This document shows positions 1 to 13,654 of a DNA stretch of 64,000 nucleotides, in pieces. Location: assembly GCF_009914755.1 (NCBI RefSeq), contig NC_060946.1; one strand, 5' to 3'. This stretch comes from the human T2T-CHM13v2.0 reference genome, Homo sapiens. The notes under the pieces are model-generated. The model saw nothing but the letters and a program-made list of their open reading frames with translations. It made no database searches and was not told the origin of the DNA. The position numbers and the translations under genes are program-made. The stretch's first letter is position 1. The number at the start of each line of letters is the position of its first letter.

Positions 1-3000
1 TCATCAAATGGAATCGAATGGAAACATCGAATGGACACGAATGGAATCCTCTTTGAATGGACTCGAATGGAATCATCCTCGAATGGAAACGAATAGAATC
101 ATCATTGAATGGACTCTAATGAAATCATCAAATAGACTCGAATAGAATCATTGAATGTACTAGAATGCAATCGTCATCACTGGGATCGTATGTAATTATC
201 ATCAAATGGAATCAAAAGGAATCACCTTCAAAAGGAATCGAAAGGAATCATCATCAAATGGAATCGAATGGAATCATTGAATGGAATCATCATCAAAAGG
301 AATTGAAGTGAATCATCGAGAGGTATTGAATGGAATCATCTAATGGAATCAAATGGAATCATCATCGAATGGACTCGAATGGAATCATCATCGAATGGAA
401 TAGAATAGGAACATCGAATGCACTCGATTGGAATCATCAAATGGACTCGAAGGGAATCATCGATTGGAATCGAATGGAATCAGCAAATGGACTCGAATGG
501 AATCATCAAATGGAATCGAATAGAATCATCTAATGGAATCGAATGGAATCATCATCAAATGGAATCAAATTAAATCATAGAATGGACACGAATGGAATCA
601 TCACTGAATGAAGTAGAATGGAATCATCATCGAATGGAATCAAAAGCAATCATCAAATGGATTCGAATAGAATCATCAAAGGGACACAAATGGAATCATC
701 ATCAAATGGAATCAGATGGAATCAACTAATGGAATCAACTGGTATCATCATCGAAATGAATCAAATGGAATCATCTAATGGACTGGAATTGAATCCTAAT
801 CAAATGGAATCGAATGGAATCATCAAATGGACAAGAATGGAATCCTTATGGAATGGAATCAAATGGAATTATCAAATGGACTCAAACGGAATCATCATCG
901 AATAGAATCAAATTGAATCATCGTTGAATGGGCTCGAATGGAATCATCAAATGGACTGGAATGGAATCATCAAAAGGACTTGAATGCAATCATAATCAAT
1001 AGAATCGAACGGAATCAGCATCGAACGGAATCAAATGGAATCATCATCAAATGGAATCAAATGGAATCATCGAATGAAATCGGATGTAATCATCATCGAA
1101 TGGAATCGAATGGAATCATCATCAAATGGAATCCAATGGAATCACCATCAAATAGAACCAAACTGAATCATTGAATGGACTCGAAAGGAATCATCGAATG
1201 GACTCGAATGGAATCATCTTCAAATGGAATCGAATGGAAACATCGAATGGACTCGAATGGAATCATTGAACAGAGTTGAACGGAATCATCATCAAATGGA
1301 ATCAAATGGAATCATTGAATAGTGTCAAATGGAATCATCATCGAATGGAGTCAAATGGAATCATCGAATGGAATCAAATGGAATCTTCATAGAATCGAAC
1401 CGAATGGAATCATCTTCAAATGGAATCGGATGGAATCATTGAATGGACTCGAATAGAATCATCATCGAATGGAATCTAATGGAATCGTCATCGAATGGAA
1501 TCGAATGGAATCATGGAATGGAATAGAATGGAATCATCATCGAATGGAATCGAATGGAATCATGGAATGGAATAGAATGGAATCATCATCGAACAGAATC
1601 GAATGGAATCATCATTGAATGGAATTGAATGGAAACATCATCGAAAGGAATTCAATGTAATCACCATAGAATGGAATCAAATGGATTCATCAACGAATGC
1701 AATCGAATGGAATCATCAACAGGAATCATCATCGAATGAAATTGAAAAAATCATCGAATGGAATTGAATGCAATCATCATCTAATGGAATTGAATGAAAT
1801 CATCATTGAATGGAATTGAATGGAATCATCGAAAGGAATCGAATGGAATAAACATCAAATGCAATTGAATGAAATCTTCAAATGAAATCGAATGGAATCA
1901 TTGAATGGAATTGAATGAAATCATCATCGAATGGAATTGAATGAAATCATCATCACATGGAATCAAATGGAATGATCGAATGGAATCGCACGGATTCATC
2001 ATTGAATAGAAGTGAATGGAATCATCAAATGGAATCGAATGGAATCATCGAATGGAACCGAATGAAATCATCACTGAATTGAATCAAACGGAATCATCGA
2101 ATGGAATCAAATGCTATCATCATCGAATGGAATCGAATGGAATCATCATCGAATGGAATTGAATGCTATAATCATTGAATGGAATCAAATGGAATCATCA
2201 TCAAATGGATGTGAATGGAGTCATCCATTGGAATCGAATGGAATCATCATCAAAGGGAATCAAATGGAATCATCAAATGCAATCGAATGGAAACATCATT
2301 GCATGGAATCGTATGGAATCATCATCACATGGAATCAAATGGAATCATCATCAAATAGTATCGAAAGGAATCATCGAATGCAATCGAATGGAATAAATTG
2401 AATGGAATCGAATGGCATCATCATCGAATGGAATCGAAAGGAATCATCGAATGGAATCATCATTGAATCATATCAAAAAGAATCCTCGAATGGAAAGAAA
2501 TGTAATCATCATAGAATGTAATAGAATGGAATTATCATCAAATGGAATCGAACGGAATCATCGAAAGGAATCGAATGGAATAATTATCAAATGGAATTGA
2601 ATGGAATCATCGAATGGAATTGAATGGAATCATCGAATGGAATCGAATGGAATCATCATCGAATGGAATCGAATGGAATCATGGAATGGAATTGAATGGA
2701 ATCATCATCACATGGAATCAAATGGAATCATCGAATGGAATCGAATGAAATCATCATCCCATGGAATCAAATGGAATCATCATCACATGGAATCGAATGG
2801 AATCATTATCGAATGGTATCAAAAGGAAACATCGAATGGAATTGAATGGAATAAATCTAATGGAATCGAATGGAGTCATCATCAAATGGAATCAAATGGA
2901 ATCATTGAATGGAATCATCATAGAATGAAATCGAAAAGAATCATCGAATGGAATCGAATGCAATCATCATCAAATGGAATTGAATGGAATCATCAAATGG

Positions 3001-6000
3001 AATTGAATGGAATCATCATCAAATGGAATCGAAAATAATCATCAAATGGAATTAATGTAATTGTCTTCGAATGCAATCGAATCATTGAATGTAATTGAGT
3101 AGAATCATCATCACATGCAATCGAATAGAATAATCAAATGGAATTGAATGGAATCATCATCACATGGAATCGAATGGATTCATCATTGAATGATATTGAA
3201 AGGAATCATCAAATGGAATTGAATGGAATAAATCAAATGGAACAGAATGGAATAATCATCAAATGTAATCCAATGGAATCCTCGACTGGAATCATCATCG
3301 AATGAAATTCAAAAAAATCATCAAATGGAATTGAATGGAATCATCATTGAATCCAATCATCATCGAATGGAATCAAATGGAATCATCAAAAGGAAGTGAA
3401 TGGAATAAATATCAAATGCAATTGAATAAAATCCTCGAAAGGAATCGAATGACATCATTGAATGGAATCAAATGGAATCATCATCGAATGGAATCAAACG
3501 CAGTCATTGAATGGAATCAAATGGAATCATCTTCACATGGAATCAAATGGAATGATCGAATGGAATTGCATGGAATCATCATCGAATGGAAGCGAATGGA
3601 ATCATCAAATGCAATCATCTAATGGAAGCGAATGGAATCATCGAATGCAATCATCTAATGGAATCGAATGAAATCATCACTGAATGGAATCAAACGGAAT
3701 CATTGAATGGAATTGAATGCAATCATCATCGAATGGAATCGAATGGAATCATCATTGAATGGAATCGAATGGAATCATAGAATGGAATTGAATGGAATCA
3801 TCATCAAATGATGTGAATGCAGTCATCCAATGGAATCGAATGGAATCATCATCAAATGGAATCAAATCGAATCATCAAATGCAATCTAATGGAATCATCA
3901 TCGCATGGAATCCAATGGACTCATCATCACATGGAATCGAATGGAGTCATCATCAAATGGTATCGAAAGGAATCATCGAGTGGAATCCAATGGAATAAAT
4001 CGAATGGAATCAAATGGAATCATCATCGAATGTAATCGAATGGAATCATCGAATGGAATCATCATTGAATGAAATCAAAAAGAATCATTGAATGGAAAGG
4101 AACGCAATCATCATCGAATGGAATAGAATGGAATCATCATCGAATGGAATCGAACAGAATCATTGAAAGGAATCGAATGGAATAATCATTGAATGGAATC
4201 AAATGGAATCATCAAATGGAATCGAGTGGAATCATTGAATGGAATTGAATGGAACCATCATCGAATGGAATCGAATGGAATCATGGAGTGGAATCGAATG
4301 GAATCATCATCACATGAAATCAAATGGAATCATCAAATGGAATCGAACGGAATAATCATTGAATTGAATCGAATAGAATCATAAAATGGAATCGAATGGA
4401 ATCATAATCTAATGGAATAGACTGGAATCATCATCGAATGGAATCAAATGGAATCATCATCGAATGGAATCGAATGGAGTCATCTGATGGAATCATCATC
4501 GAATGGAATCGAATGCAATCATGGAATGGAATCAAATGGAATCATCTTCACATGGAATCGAATGGAATCTTCATCACATGGAATCAAATGGAATCATCTA
4601 ATGGAATTGAATGGAATAATCTTCGAATGGAATAGAATGGAATAATCGAATAGAATTGAATGGAATCATAGAATGGAAACGATTGGAATCATAATCGAAT
4701 GGAATCGACTGGAATCATCATCGAATGGAATCGAATGGAATCATCGAATGGAATCGAATGGAATCATCAAATGGAATCGAATGGAGTCATCTGATGGAAT
4801 TGAATGGAATCATCATCGAATGGAATCGAATGCAATCATGAAATGGTATTGAATGGAATCATCTTCACATGGAATCGAATAGAATCATCATCACATGGAA
4901 TCTAATGGAATCATCATCGAATGGTATCAAAATGAAACATCGAATGGTATCGAATGGAATAAATCGAATGGAATTGAATGGAATCATCATGGAATGGAAT
5001 CAAATGGAATCATGGAATGGAATCATCATCGAATGAAATTGAAAAGAATCATCGAATGGAATCAAATGCAACCATAATCGAATGGAATCGAATGGAATCA
5101 TCATCGAATGGAATTGAACAGAATCATTGATAGGAATCGATTGGAATAATCATTGAATGGAATCGAATGATATCCTAGAATGGAATCGAATGGAATCATC
5201 GAATGGAATTGAATGGAATCATCATCGAAAGTAATTGAAAGGAATCATGGAATGGAATCGAATGAAATCATAATTGCATATAATCAAATGGAATCATTGA
5301 ATGAAATCAAATGGAATCATCATCGAATGGAATCGAATGGAATGATTGAATGGAATCGAATGAAATCATCGAATGGAATTGAATGGAATCATTATCGAAT
5401 GGAATCATCATAGAGTGGAATTGAATGGAATCATCGAAAGGAGTCGAATGGAATAATCATTGAATGGAATTGAATGGAATCCTCGAATGGAATCGAAAGG
5501 AATCAACAAATGGAATCAAATGGAATCATCATCAAATATAATCGAATGGAATCATTGAATGGAATCAAACAGAATCGTCATCGAATGGAATCAAATGGAA
5601 TCATCATCTAATGGAATCAAATGGAATCATTGGAAGGAATCAAATGGAATAATCATGTAATGGAATCGAATGGAATCCTCGAATGGTGTCAAATGGAGTC
5701 ACCAAATGGAACCGAATGGAATCATCATCGAATGGAATCGAATGGAATAATGGAATGGAATCAAAGAGAATCATCATCGCATGGAATCCAATGGAATCAT
5801 TGAATGGAATCAAATGGAATAATCATTGAATGGAATCGAATGGAATCATTGAATGGAATCCAATGGAATCATGGAATGGATTCAACAAATGGAATCGAAT
5901 GAAATCATCATCGAATGGAATTGAATGGAACCATCATCAAACGGAATGAAATGGAATCATCATCGAATTCAATCGAATGGAATCATCAAATTCAGTTGAA

Positions 6001-7612
6001 TGGAATCATCATCGAATGGAATCACTGAATGGAATCGAATGGAATCATCATCAAATGGAATCGAGTAGAATCATCATCGAATGGAATCAAAAGGAATCAT
6101 CAAAAGGAATCGAATGGAATCATCATTGAATGGAACCAAATGGAATAATCATCAAATGGAATAGTATGGAATCATCGAATTGAATCGAATGGAATCATCA
6201 AATGGAATCGAATGGAATCATCATCGAATGGAATCATCATCGAATGGAATCGAATGGAATCATTGAATGGAATCGAATGCAATCATCATCAAAAGGAATT
6301 GAATGGAATCATCATCGAATGGAATTGAATGGATTCATTGAAAGAAATCGAATGGAATAATCATCAAAGGGAATTGAATGATATCATCGAATGTAATCAT
6401 CATCAAATGAAATCGAAAAGAATCATCAAATGGAATCGAATGCAATCATCATCAAATGGAATCAAATGGAATCCTCATCGAATGGAATCAAACGGAATCA
6501 TCGAAAGGAGTCGAATGAAATAATCATCAAATGGAATCCAATGAAATCCTAGAATGGTATCGAATGGAATCATTGAATGGAATCATATGGAATCATCGAA
6601 TGGAATCAAATGGAAATAACGTCAAATGGAATCATTGAATGGAATCGAATGGAATAATCATCAAATGGAATCATTGAATGGAATCAAATGGCATCAGCCA
6701 ATGGAATCGAATGGAATCATCATCGAGTCGAATCGAATGGAATCATCCAATGAAGTCTAATGCAATCATCATCGAATGGAATCGAATGGAATCATCGAAT
6801 GGACTCGAATGGAATCATCATTGAATGGAATCGAATGGAATCATCGAATGGACTCGAACGCAATCATCATCAAATGGAATCGAATGGAATCATGGATCGG
6901 AGTTGAATGGAATCATCATCAAATTGAATCGAATGGAATCATCGAATGGACTCGAATGGAATCAACATCGAATGGAATCAAATGGAATCATTGAATGGAA
7001 TCAAATGGAATCATCCTCGAATGGAATCGAATGGAATCATCTAATGGAATCAAATGGAAACATCATCGAATGGAATCGAATGGAATCATCGAATGGGCTC
7101 TAAGGGAATCATCATCAAATGGAATTGAATGGAATCATCATAGAATGGAATTGAATGGAATCGAATGGAATCATCATCGAATGGAATCGAATGGAATCAT
7201 TTAATGGAATCATCATCGAATGGAATGGAATGGAATCGTCATCGAATGGACACGAATGGAATCATCATGGAATGGAGTGGAATGGAAACATCATCGAATG
7301 TACTGGAATGGAATCATCATCGAATGGACTCGAAAGGAATAATCACCAAATGTAATCAAATGGAATCATCATCGAAAGGAATCAAATGGAATCATCATCA
7401 AATGGAATGTAATGGAGTCATCATTGAATGGAATTGAATTGAATCATCATCGAATGGAAATGAAAAGGAACATCATCGAATGGAATCGAATAGAATCATC
7501 GAATGGACTCGAATGGAATCATCATCGAATGGAATTGAATGAAATCATCGAATGGACTCGAATGGAATCATCATCAAATGGAATCGAGTGGAATCATCGA
7601 ATGGACTCGAGT
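1..7612. repeat. Human Satellite 2 (HSATII) array, diverged (GGAAT)n with ATC/ATCATC insertions; continues off the left edge
   Basis: Continuous GAATGGAATC(ATC)nGAATG units; the ATC insertions and TCGA-rich units favour HSat2 over HSat3; ends abruptly at ...atggactcgagt. Confidence 0.95.
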
Positions 7613-8329
7613 GTCTATTCTGACAGGTCTGGGGATATCTAAATGACTCATGAAAGGCTTTTTTTCCTGTGTTGCTAGAATACAGAACAGATAAGGAATG
7701 GACATTTTTAAGAAACTGCAAGGAAACCTAACAAGCCACAGATGCTTAGGGCAAAAATTAGAGTTTACACTTATAGTAGATCACCTTCAGCACAGCAAGA
7801 AAAGTTGGAGAAGAGTATTTCAAAAACTAAAACATACAAAATCATTCACGTACATGGGAGAGTATAGAAAGTCACATGTATTCATAGGTTAAGCCACATG
7901 CTGACAAATGTCATAAGAAGACCCTACACTTTTACCTTGGTCGATCCCTCCCCTCTGTGCAAGCTCTGTGCAAGAGTGAACTTGAACTTCACTCAGTGCA
8001 AGAGTGAACACACACTTTGTGCCAGCTTTAAAGAACCCATCACAAAGCCAGTCTGCATGGCCTAGAGACATATTTTGCTGGACAATGATTACTTGTTTTT
8101 CTTTTTGTTTTTCTTGTATTTGCCTGTTTGATTGGTTCCTGACATACAAGAAAATCACTGTCAAAACTTTAGCTTAACATTTGTTATGGAAACAAAAAGA
8201 CTTCAGTGACACCTTATAAAGCAAACAGTTTTGTAAATCACTTTGGAAAATTTCACTTAAAAAAAATCCTTAACAATATAATAAGTAAAGAAAATTTAAA
8301 ACCACAAAACATTACTGTGTTTGTAGGGG

Positions 8330-8820
8330 TGTCTGATTTACAGAGTAACCACATAGTAATTATAATTATTATAATGTACAGTTTTCAAAAAAAGTTTCAA
8401 GGCATACAAAGAATGGGAAAGTATGGCTCATTCAAAGGAACAAAACAAATTGACAGAGAATATCTCTAAGGGAACTCAGACATCAAACTTACTAGACAAA
8501 GACTTTAAAACAACTCTCTTAATTATACTCAAATGTCAAAAGGAAAACATAAACAAAGAAATAAAGGAATCAGAAAAAATATTAAAAATTAGGAATATCA
8601 ACAGAGATAGCACAAATTCTGGAGTGGAAAACTACAATGATAAAAATTTAAAAATCACCAGAGGGATTTAAGAGTATATTTGCACATACAGAAGAAGTCA
8701 TGAGCTTGAAGATAAGAAAATGGAAAATATTGACTCTGAGAAACAGATAAAAAATGAGCAGAGACTAAGGAATTTGTGAGACATCATCAAATAGACCAAC
8801 ATTCATATTCTAGAAGGATA
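8330..8820 (+). mobile_element. Ancient L1M ORF1-region fragment
   Basis: A-rich degenerate L1 ORF1-like sequence (LLDKDFKTT...; ...gagactaaggaatttgtgagacatcatcaaatagaccaac). Confidence 0.65.
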
Positions 8821-8844
8821 AATTATGTTGTTGAAAACTTTAGC

Positions 8845-9000
8845 ATTCTTTCTTTTCACCTTTCTTTCTTCTTCCCTCCCCCTCCTCCTCCTTTTTACTT
8901 TTCTTCCTCTTCCTTGCTCTTCTTCTGTCTCTCCTTCATTATCCCTTTCACTCTGTTTCTCTTTCTCCCTTTCTCTTTTTTCTTTTCTTTCAATTTTCTC
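8845..9000. repeat. Polypyrimidine (CT-rich) low-complexity tract
   Basis: About 150 bp of almost only C/T. Confidence 0.9.
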
Positions 9001-9719
9001 AATTACTAAGAGATGTTTAAATACCCTTACCATGTGAGTTGATATGGTTATTTCTCCTTTAATTCTCTTTTGAGATTTATAGTCACTCTAAGTAAAGAGA
9101 TAACCCAAACATAAGCCTCACAAACAGGCTTCCATACCATTCTTAATTTGGTCCTGTAATTCTTCATTGCTGTATTAACTTTCTGATGCTTTTAAGGATG
9201 TTTTATAACAAATTGTTTAGTTTTTTCCACTGGAATGTTTATTCTGAATTATCTAATTCATATTGTAAGTATAGAGGGAGTTTAATATAAAATTATTAAA
9301 CTGATATTTGTGAAAGAATGTATTTGTGCATTTAACAAATATGTTAAACCTCAGACTGTTATTGGGCAGCTGAGCATACAGCAATAAAAATAACATAATT
9401 TTTATGTGTACAATATTTATGGAATACGTTACTGGAACAAATAAATAATTTAGTTAATAACATGACAAAGAACAGAAATTGTATAGACTATAGAGCATAG
9501 TAATGGAATAATGAATGATTAAAGTTATTAATATTAGGTACAAAATGAAGGGTATCTTTGAGAGCAGAACTCAAGGAAGCAAGCAATTTGCCTTATGTGG
9601 AAAGAGTTACCTGTGGATAAAGGAGAAACTGAAAAATTTACAAGTCAAGACTTTTTGAGCAAAAACAAAAATATGACTATTAGTCACCAATTCAGTACAG
9701 TGAAAAAAAAGTAGAAGAG

Positions 9720-10140
9720 ATATCTTGGAAGTAAACCATGTTGTGGAAGAGCATGTAGGGTTTTGATAATCATGGGATTATTCTGAATTAATTTTAAATG
9801 CGATAGGAATATATGAGATAATTTCACCAGAGAATAACATGATTGTGTTTGCATTTCAAAGGGGTGTATCTGGTGCACTGTGTAGAATAAATAGGTTATG
9901 TGAGCAAATAAATTGGGAGGCTACTGTAATCCAGAGAAAACAGGTAGTGACTTAGGTGAGAATACTGTGAGGATGAGTGGTAGTAGTGGTGAGAAGTCGT
10001 TAGGCCATGGATGTATTTCATAGGACTATCCAAGAGAACTGCAGCTGAATTGGAGTGTAGGGAGTGAAATGGAGAACTCAAAGATGACTCTCAGCACTGG
10101 AAGGTGACAGCTGTCACTGAAGCATGCTGATGCCTCTCAT
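9720..10140 (-). mobile_element. Probable LINE-2 fragment
   Basis: L2-like motifs (gggaggctactgtaatccag, aaagatgactc); highly diverged. Confidence 0.5.
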
Positions 10141-12498
10141 TAAGAGAGTTACTTGGGAATGGCAAGATCAAAACTTCTCACTTTCAAATTTATGAAAAAT
10201 ATTGTTTTCAGAACGAATGACTTTGGGATCAGAAAGCCACCATTCTAATTGATGGTTCCACGACTACACGGGCTCACACTCCCAAGAGCAAAAGTAAATC
10301 ATCACAAAGGTGCTTCCTGATAATTCTAGAGAATGGAGAATTACTGTAACATCTTTCTGATCTTAGGAGAGGTAGCAGTTCCCTTTTTAGCCTAAATGCT
10401 ATATTTTTTAAAGCTCAGCCAAGAGACTCCATTATAATTTTCAAATGTGTGTAACTTAAATTCTCATATGAAATACCACTATGCTTAAATTAGTCAAAAC
10501 ATTTTCCCCATCTACAACTCTATCTTGTCATCGCAATCATTTTCACAAAAGTGACTGCAGCTCACAGACCCTAAAAGGAGAAAAACCAGGGTAGGTTATC
10601 TGATCTAGTTAGTTTCGAAGACAGGATCTAGAGATTATTTAATATGAAATAGGTCACCTGAAATGTTTACTGAAAACAGCTTGGATCAGCCCAGTTTTCT
10701 ACCACTGAACCATGCATTTGGTTTAAAAAACACAATTCTGGGGAATATCGGCTGCTTCCAACTGTGTTGAAGGTGTTAAAGAAAAGAGCATAAAATTAAA
10801 AATGATCATCTGAGGCCTTTATAGTCTCTGCTCAAGAGACTAGAGTCTTCCATTCTTAACGAAACACCCAAATATCTTAATAATTGGGCAAAATCTAAAT
10901 ATCAGAGATAATTTTATCTTGAAGATTGTTAAATTATAATGGTGATTCACTACCTTGCCACGTCTCTGAGTCAAAAATTAGGTCTTTGTTTAGGAATCAA
11001 TGGTGCTCTGCAACTTGGAAATAGGAAGATTTTAGAAGACTCAAACACTGACTTTCTTGTGTGCAAAAAAAGACGTATTGAGATAAGACAAGTCTTTCCT
11101 TGCAAGGATACCTCTAATGCTCATACACCACCTCCCCTAACGTTAATATAGCTTCCAGGTCACTAACCAGTGTCAGAGAGCAGCCCATGCAACTACAAAT
11201 TCAAAAGATGTCGAACACAGGGTCAAGCCTAGAATAAGAAGTCTTAGCTAATTAAGTATGCTTTTTTCCCCAAATTCATATTAACAAAACTTGGATATGT
11301 CAGAGAATGCATTCTAAGTTCACTCAACCTAGGAGGGAGAAACATAATTTTAAATTAAGAGCTGAATTATTCTTGTCCTATCAGAAAGCAAGGAAAACGA
11401 AATATCACACCACAGGAGGGATTTCACAAATTAGTGTCAACATCAAAACCTTAAAACAGTCAAGGAGAATGCAGATTCACAATGAACTCTTGTACTTGTT
11501 TTGTTCAGAGAAGAGATGGTTCTGAGAGAATGACAGTGAACTAACCCCAGCTGGTTTAGTTGGTGCTTTCAAATGCTGCTTCTGATAAACTCCTTTAGCT
11601 AGAATAAATTGATGAGGATTTTGGCATGCGGTATTAGAGATGGTTATTAATTTTGTCCTCTTATTTGCATTGTTCAATATAGTAAATACTAGCTGTATAC
11701 GGCTACTTCAATTCAAATTAATTACAATGAAATATACTTAAATATTGAATTTTTTAGTCACTGTTGGTTCATTATTGAATACGTTCAGCTAAGATTTCCC
11801 ATCTAAATACACTAAAAGGTGGCTTAGTTAAATGGTCGTCCACAAATATTGAAGCTGTTGTTAACTCCTGATATATTCTCTGCGAAGAGAATATTCACGA
11901 GCCTCCTCCTGAAATCAGCAGCCTAGAGATAGTTTTATAAATTGGATACAAGTTGGAAATCTATACTCTTTAAGTTTTTGAAATATTAGCTTCCCAGGGA
12001 AGAAAATCAAATTCATAAGATATGTTAGAACAATTTAACTCAAGACGTTCAAAACTGAAATGACATATTCTACAATATGTGATAAAACCACCCCCTAACA
12101 ACTTAAAGCAAAACAGGGATTGACCTTAAAGACCTGCCTTTTCCTCATCCACCAGCCTATCAGTTTTCAAATCTTGCATTTTATTTTGAAAGGTCATTAT
12201 CCCCCTAGTCTCTTGTTTCTAGACTTGGCACATATTTAAGTTTATTACCTCTATCTACTGACTTTTCTCTTTTCAAACAGTATCTATGCCTGCCAAATGT
12301 GAACATACAAAAAACAAATCAGAATGTGCCATTCTGATTTAAACTGCTTATTAGTTAATACCCTCAAGATAACATCTGGGTTCTTAGCTGCAATGAGTCA
12401 AGCCTACTTACATCTTTTTTTGTGTTTGGCTGCACATTTCCTATCACATCACACTCCAGCAATGCCAAGCTGTGCCGGCCTTCTACCCCATCTCCACT

Positions 12499-13300
12499 AT
12501 TTTGCCCTCCGCCGCCGCGGCTTTTTGCCTGCCCCGGCTTTTTGCTCCGCCGCCGCCGCGGCTTTTTGCCCCCCACCCCCGCCGCCGCGGCTTTTTACCC
12601 GCCGCGGCTTTTTGCCCCCCCGCCGCCGTGGTTTTTTCCCCCCATCTCACCTCCGCTTTTTGCCCGCCGCGGCTTTTTGCCCCCACCCCGCCTCGGCTTT
12701 TTGCCAGCCACGGCTTTTTGCCCCCCGCCACCGCGGCTTTTTGTCCCCCGCCGCCGCGACTTTTTGCCTGCCGCGGCTTTTTACCCCCTGCCGCCGTGGC
12801 TTTTTGCCCCCACCCCGCCTCGGCTTTTTGCCCCCACCCCGCCTCGGCTTTTTGCCCGCCTCGGCTTTTGGCCCCCCGCCGCCGCTGCTTTTTGTCCCCC
12901 GCCGACGCGGCTTTTTGCTGGCCGCGGCTTTTTACCCCCCGCCGCGGCTTTTTGCCCCCCACCACGCCGCGGCTTTTTACAACCCCCCAACCCCCCGCTC
13001 CCGCGGCTCTTTGCGTCCCCGCCACCTCCGCTTTTTGCCCCTCCGCCGCCGCGGCTTTTTGTCGCCGCGGATTTTTGCACACCCGCCGCCGTGGCTTTTT
13101 GCGCCCCCGCCGCTGCGGCTTTTTGGCCGCCCCAGGTTTTTGCCACCCCGCCGCTGCGGCTTTTTCCCCGCGGTGGCTTTTTACCCCCTGCCCCCGCGGC
13201 TTTTTACCCGCCTCGGCTGTTTGCCCCCACCCCGCCTCGGCTTTTTGCCCGACACGGCTTTTTGCCCCGCCGCGGCTTTTTGCACCCCCCCCTCCTTTGC
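12499..13300. repeat. GC-rich GCTTTTTGC / CAAAAAGCCGCGG pericentromeric minisatellite, CpG-island-like
   Basis: Dozens of (cc)gccgcggctttttgccc units of variable length immediately upstream of the ABCD1 duplicon; this repeat type is known at autosomal ALD duplication breakpoints. Confidence 0.92.
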
Positions 13301-13508
13301 AACCTTAATTTCACTTGAAATCTAATTTCCCACTGCCAAGCCACCTAACATATTTGTATGTTAGACTCTGGGAATTAGGACATGAACATTTTTCGGGGGC
13401 CATTATTTTGTCTACAGCAGACAGAATCTACACTGCCTGGGAGGCGCAGAGTGTCCTGGGGGAGGCAGGGCCGGCCCTTCCCTCCATGGACACCCAGCTT
13501 TCCCACAG

Positions 13509-13654
13509 GCCCTACATGTCTGTGGGTTCCCTGCATGACCAGGTGATCTACCCGGACTCAGTGGAGGACATGCGAAGGAACGGCTACTCGGAGCAGGACC
13601 TGGAAGCCATCCTGGACATCGTGCACCCGCACCACACCCTGCAGCGGGAGGGAG
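13509..13654 (+). pseudogene. ABCD1P: ABCD1 pseudo-exon 7 (146 bp)
   Basis: cccacag|GCCCTACATG...GGGAGGGAG|gtagg; translates [48 protein letters not shown]. Confidence 0.95.

Noticed and set aside
1-7612. CRISPR-like or coded repeat array
   Set aside because: No unique spacers; continuous diverged pentamer satellite in a primate context
330-7642. Many MESNGIIEW-type ORFs
   Set aside because: Translations of satellite DNA; overlapping frames give the same repetitive peptides
7953-8010. Short direct repeats (ctctgtgcaag x2; gtgcaagagtgaac x2)
   Set aside because: Local slippage-scale duplications with no further structure
12324-13325. Long overlapping Pro/Arg/Ala-rich ORFs (333, 298, 278 aa) in all three + frames
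   Set aside because: The repeat lacks stop triplets by composition; there is no other coding evidence
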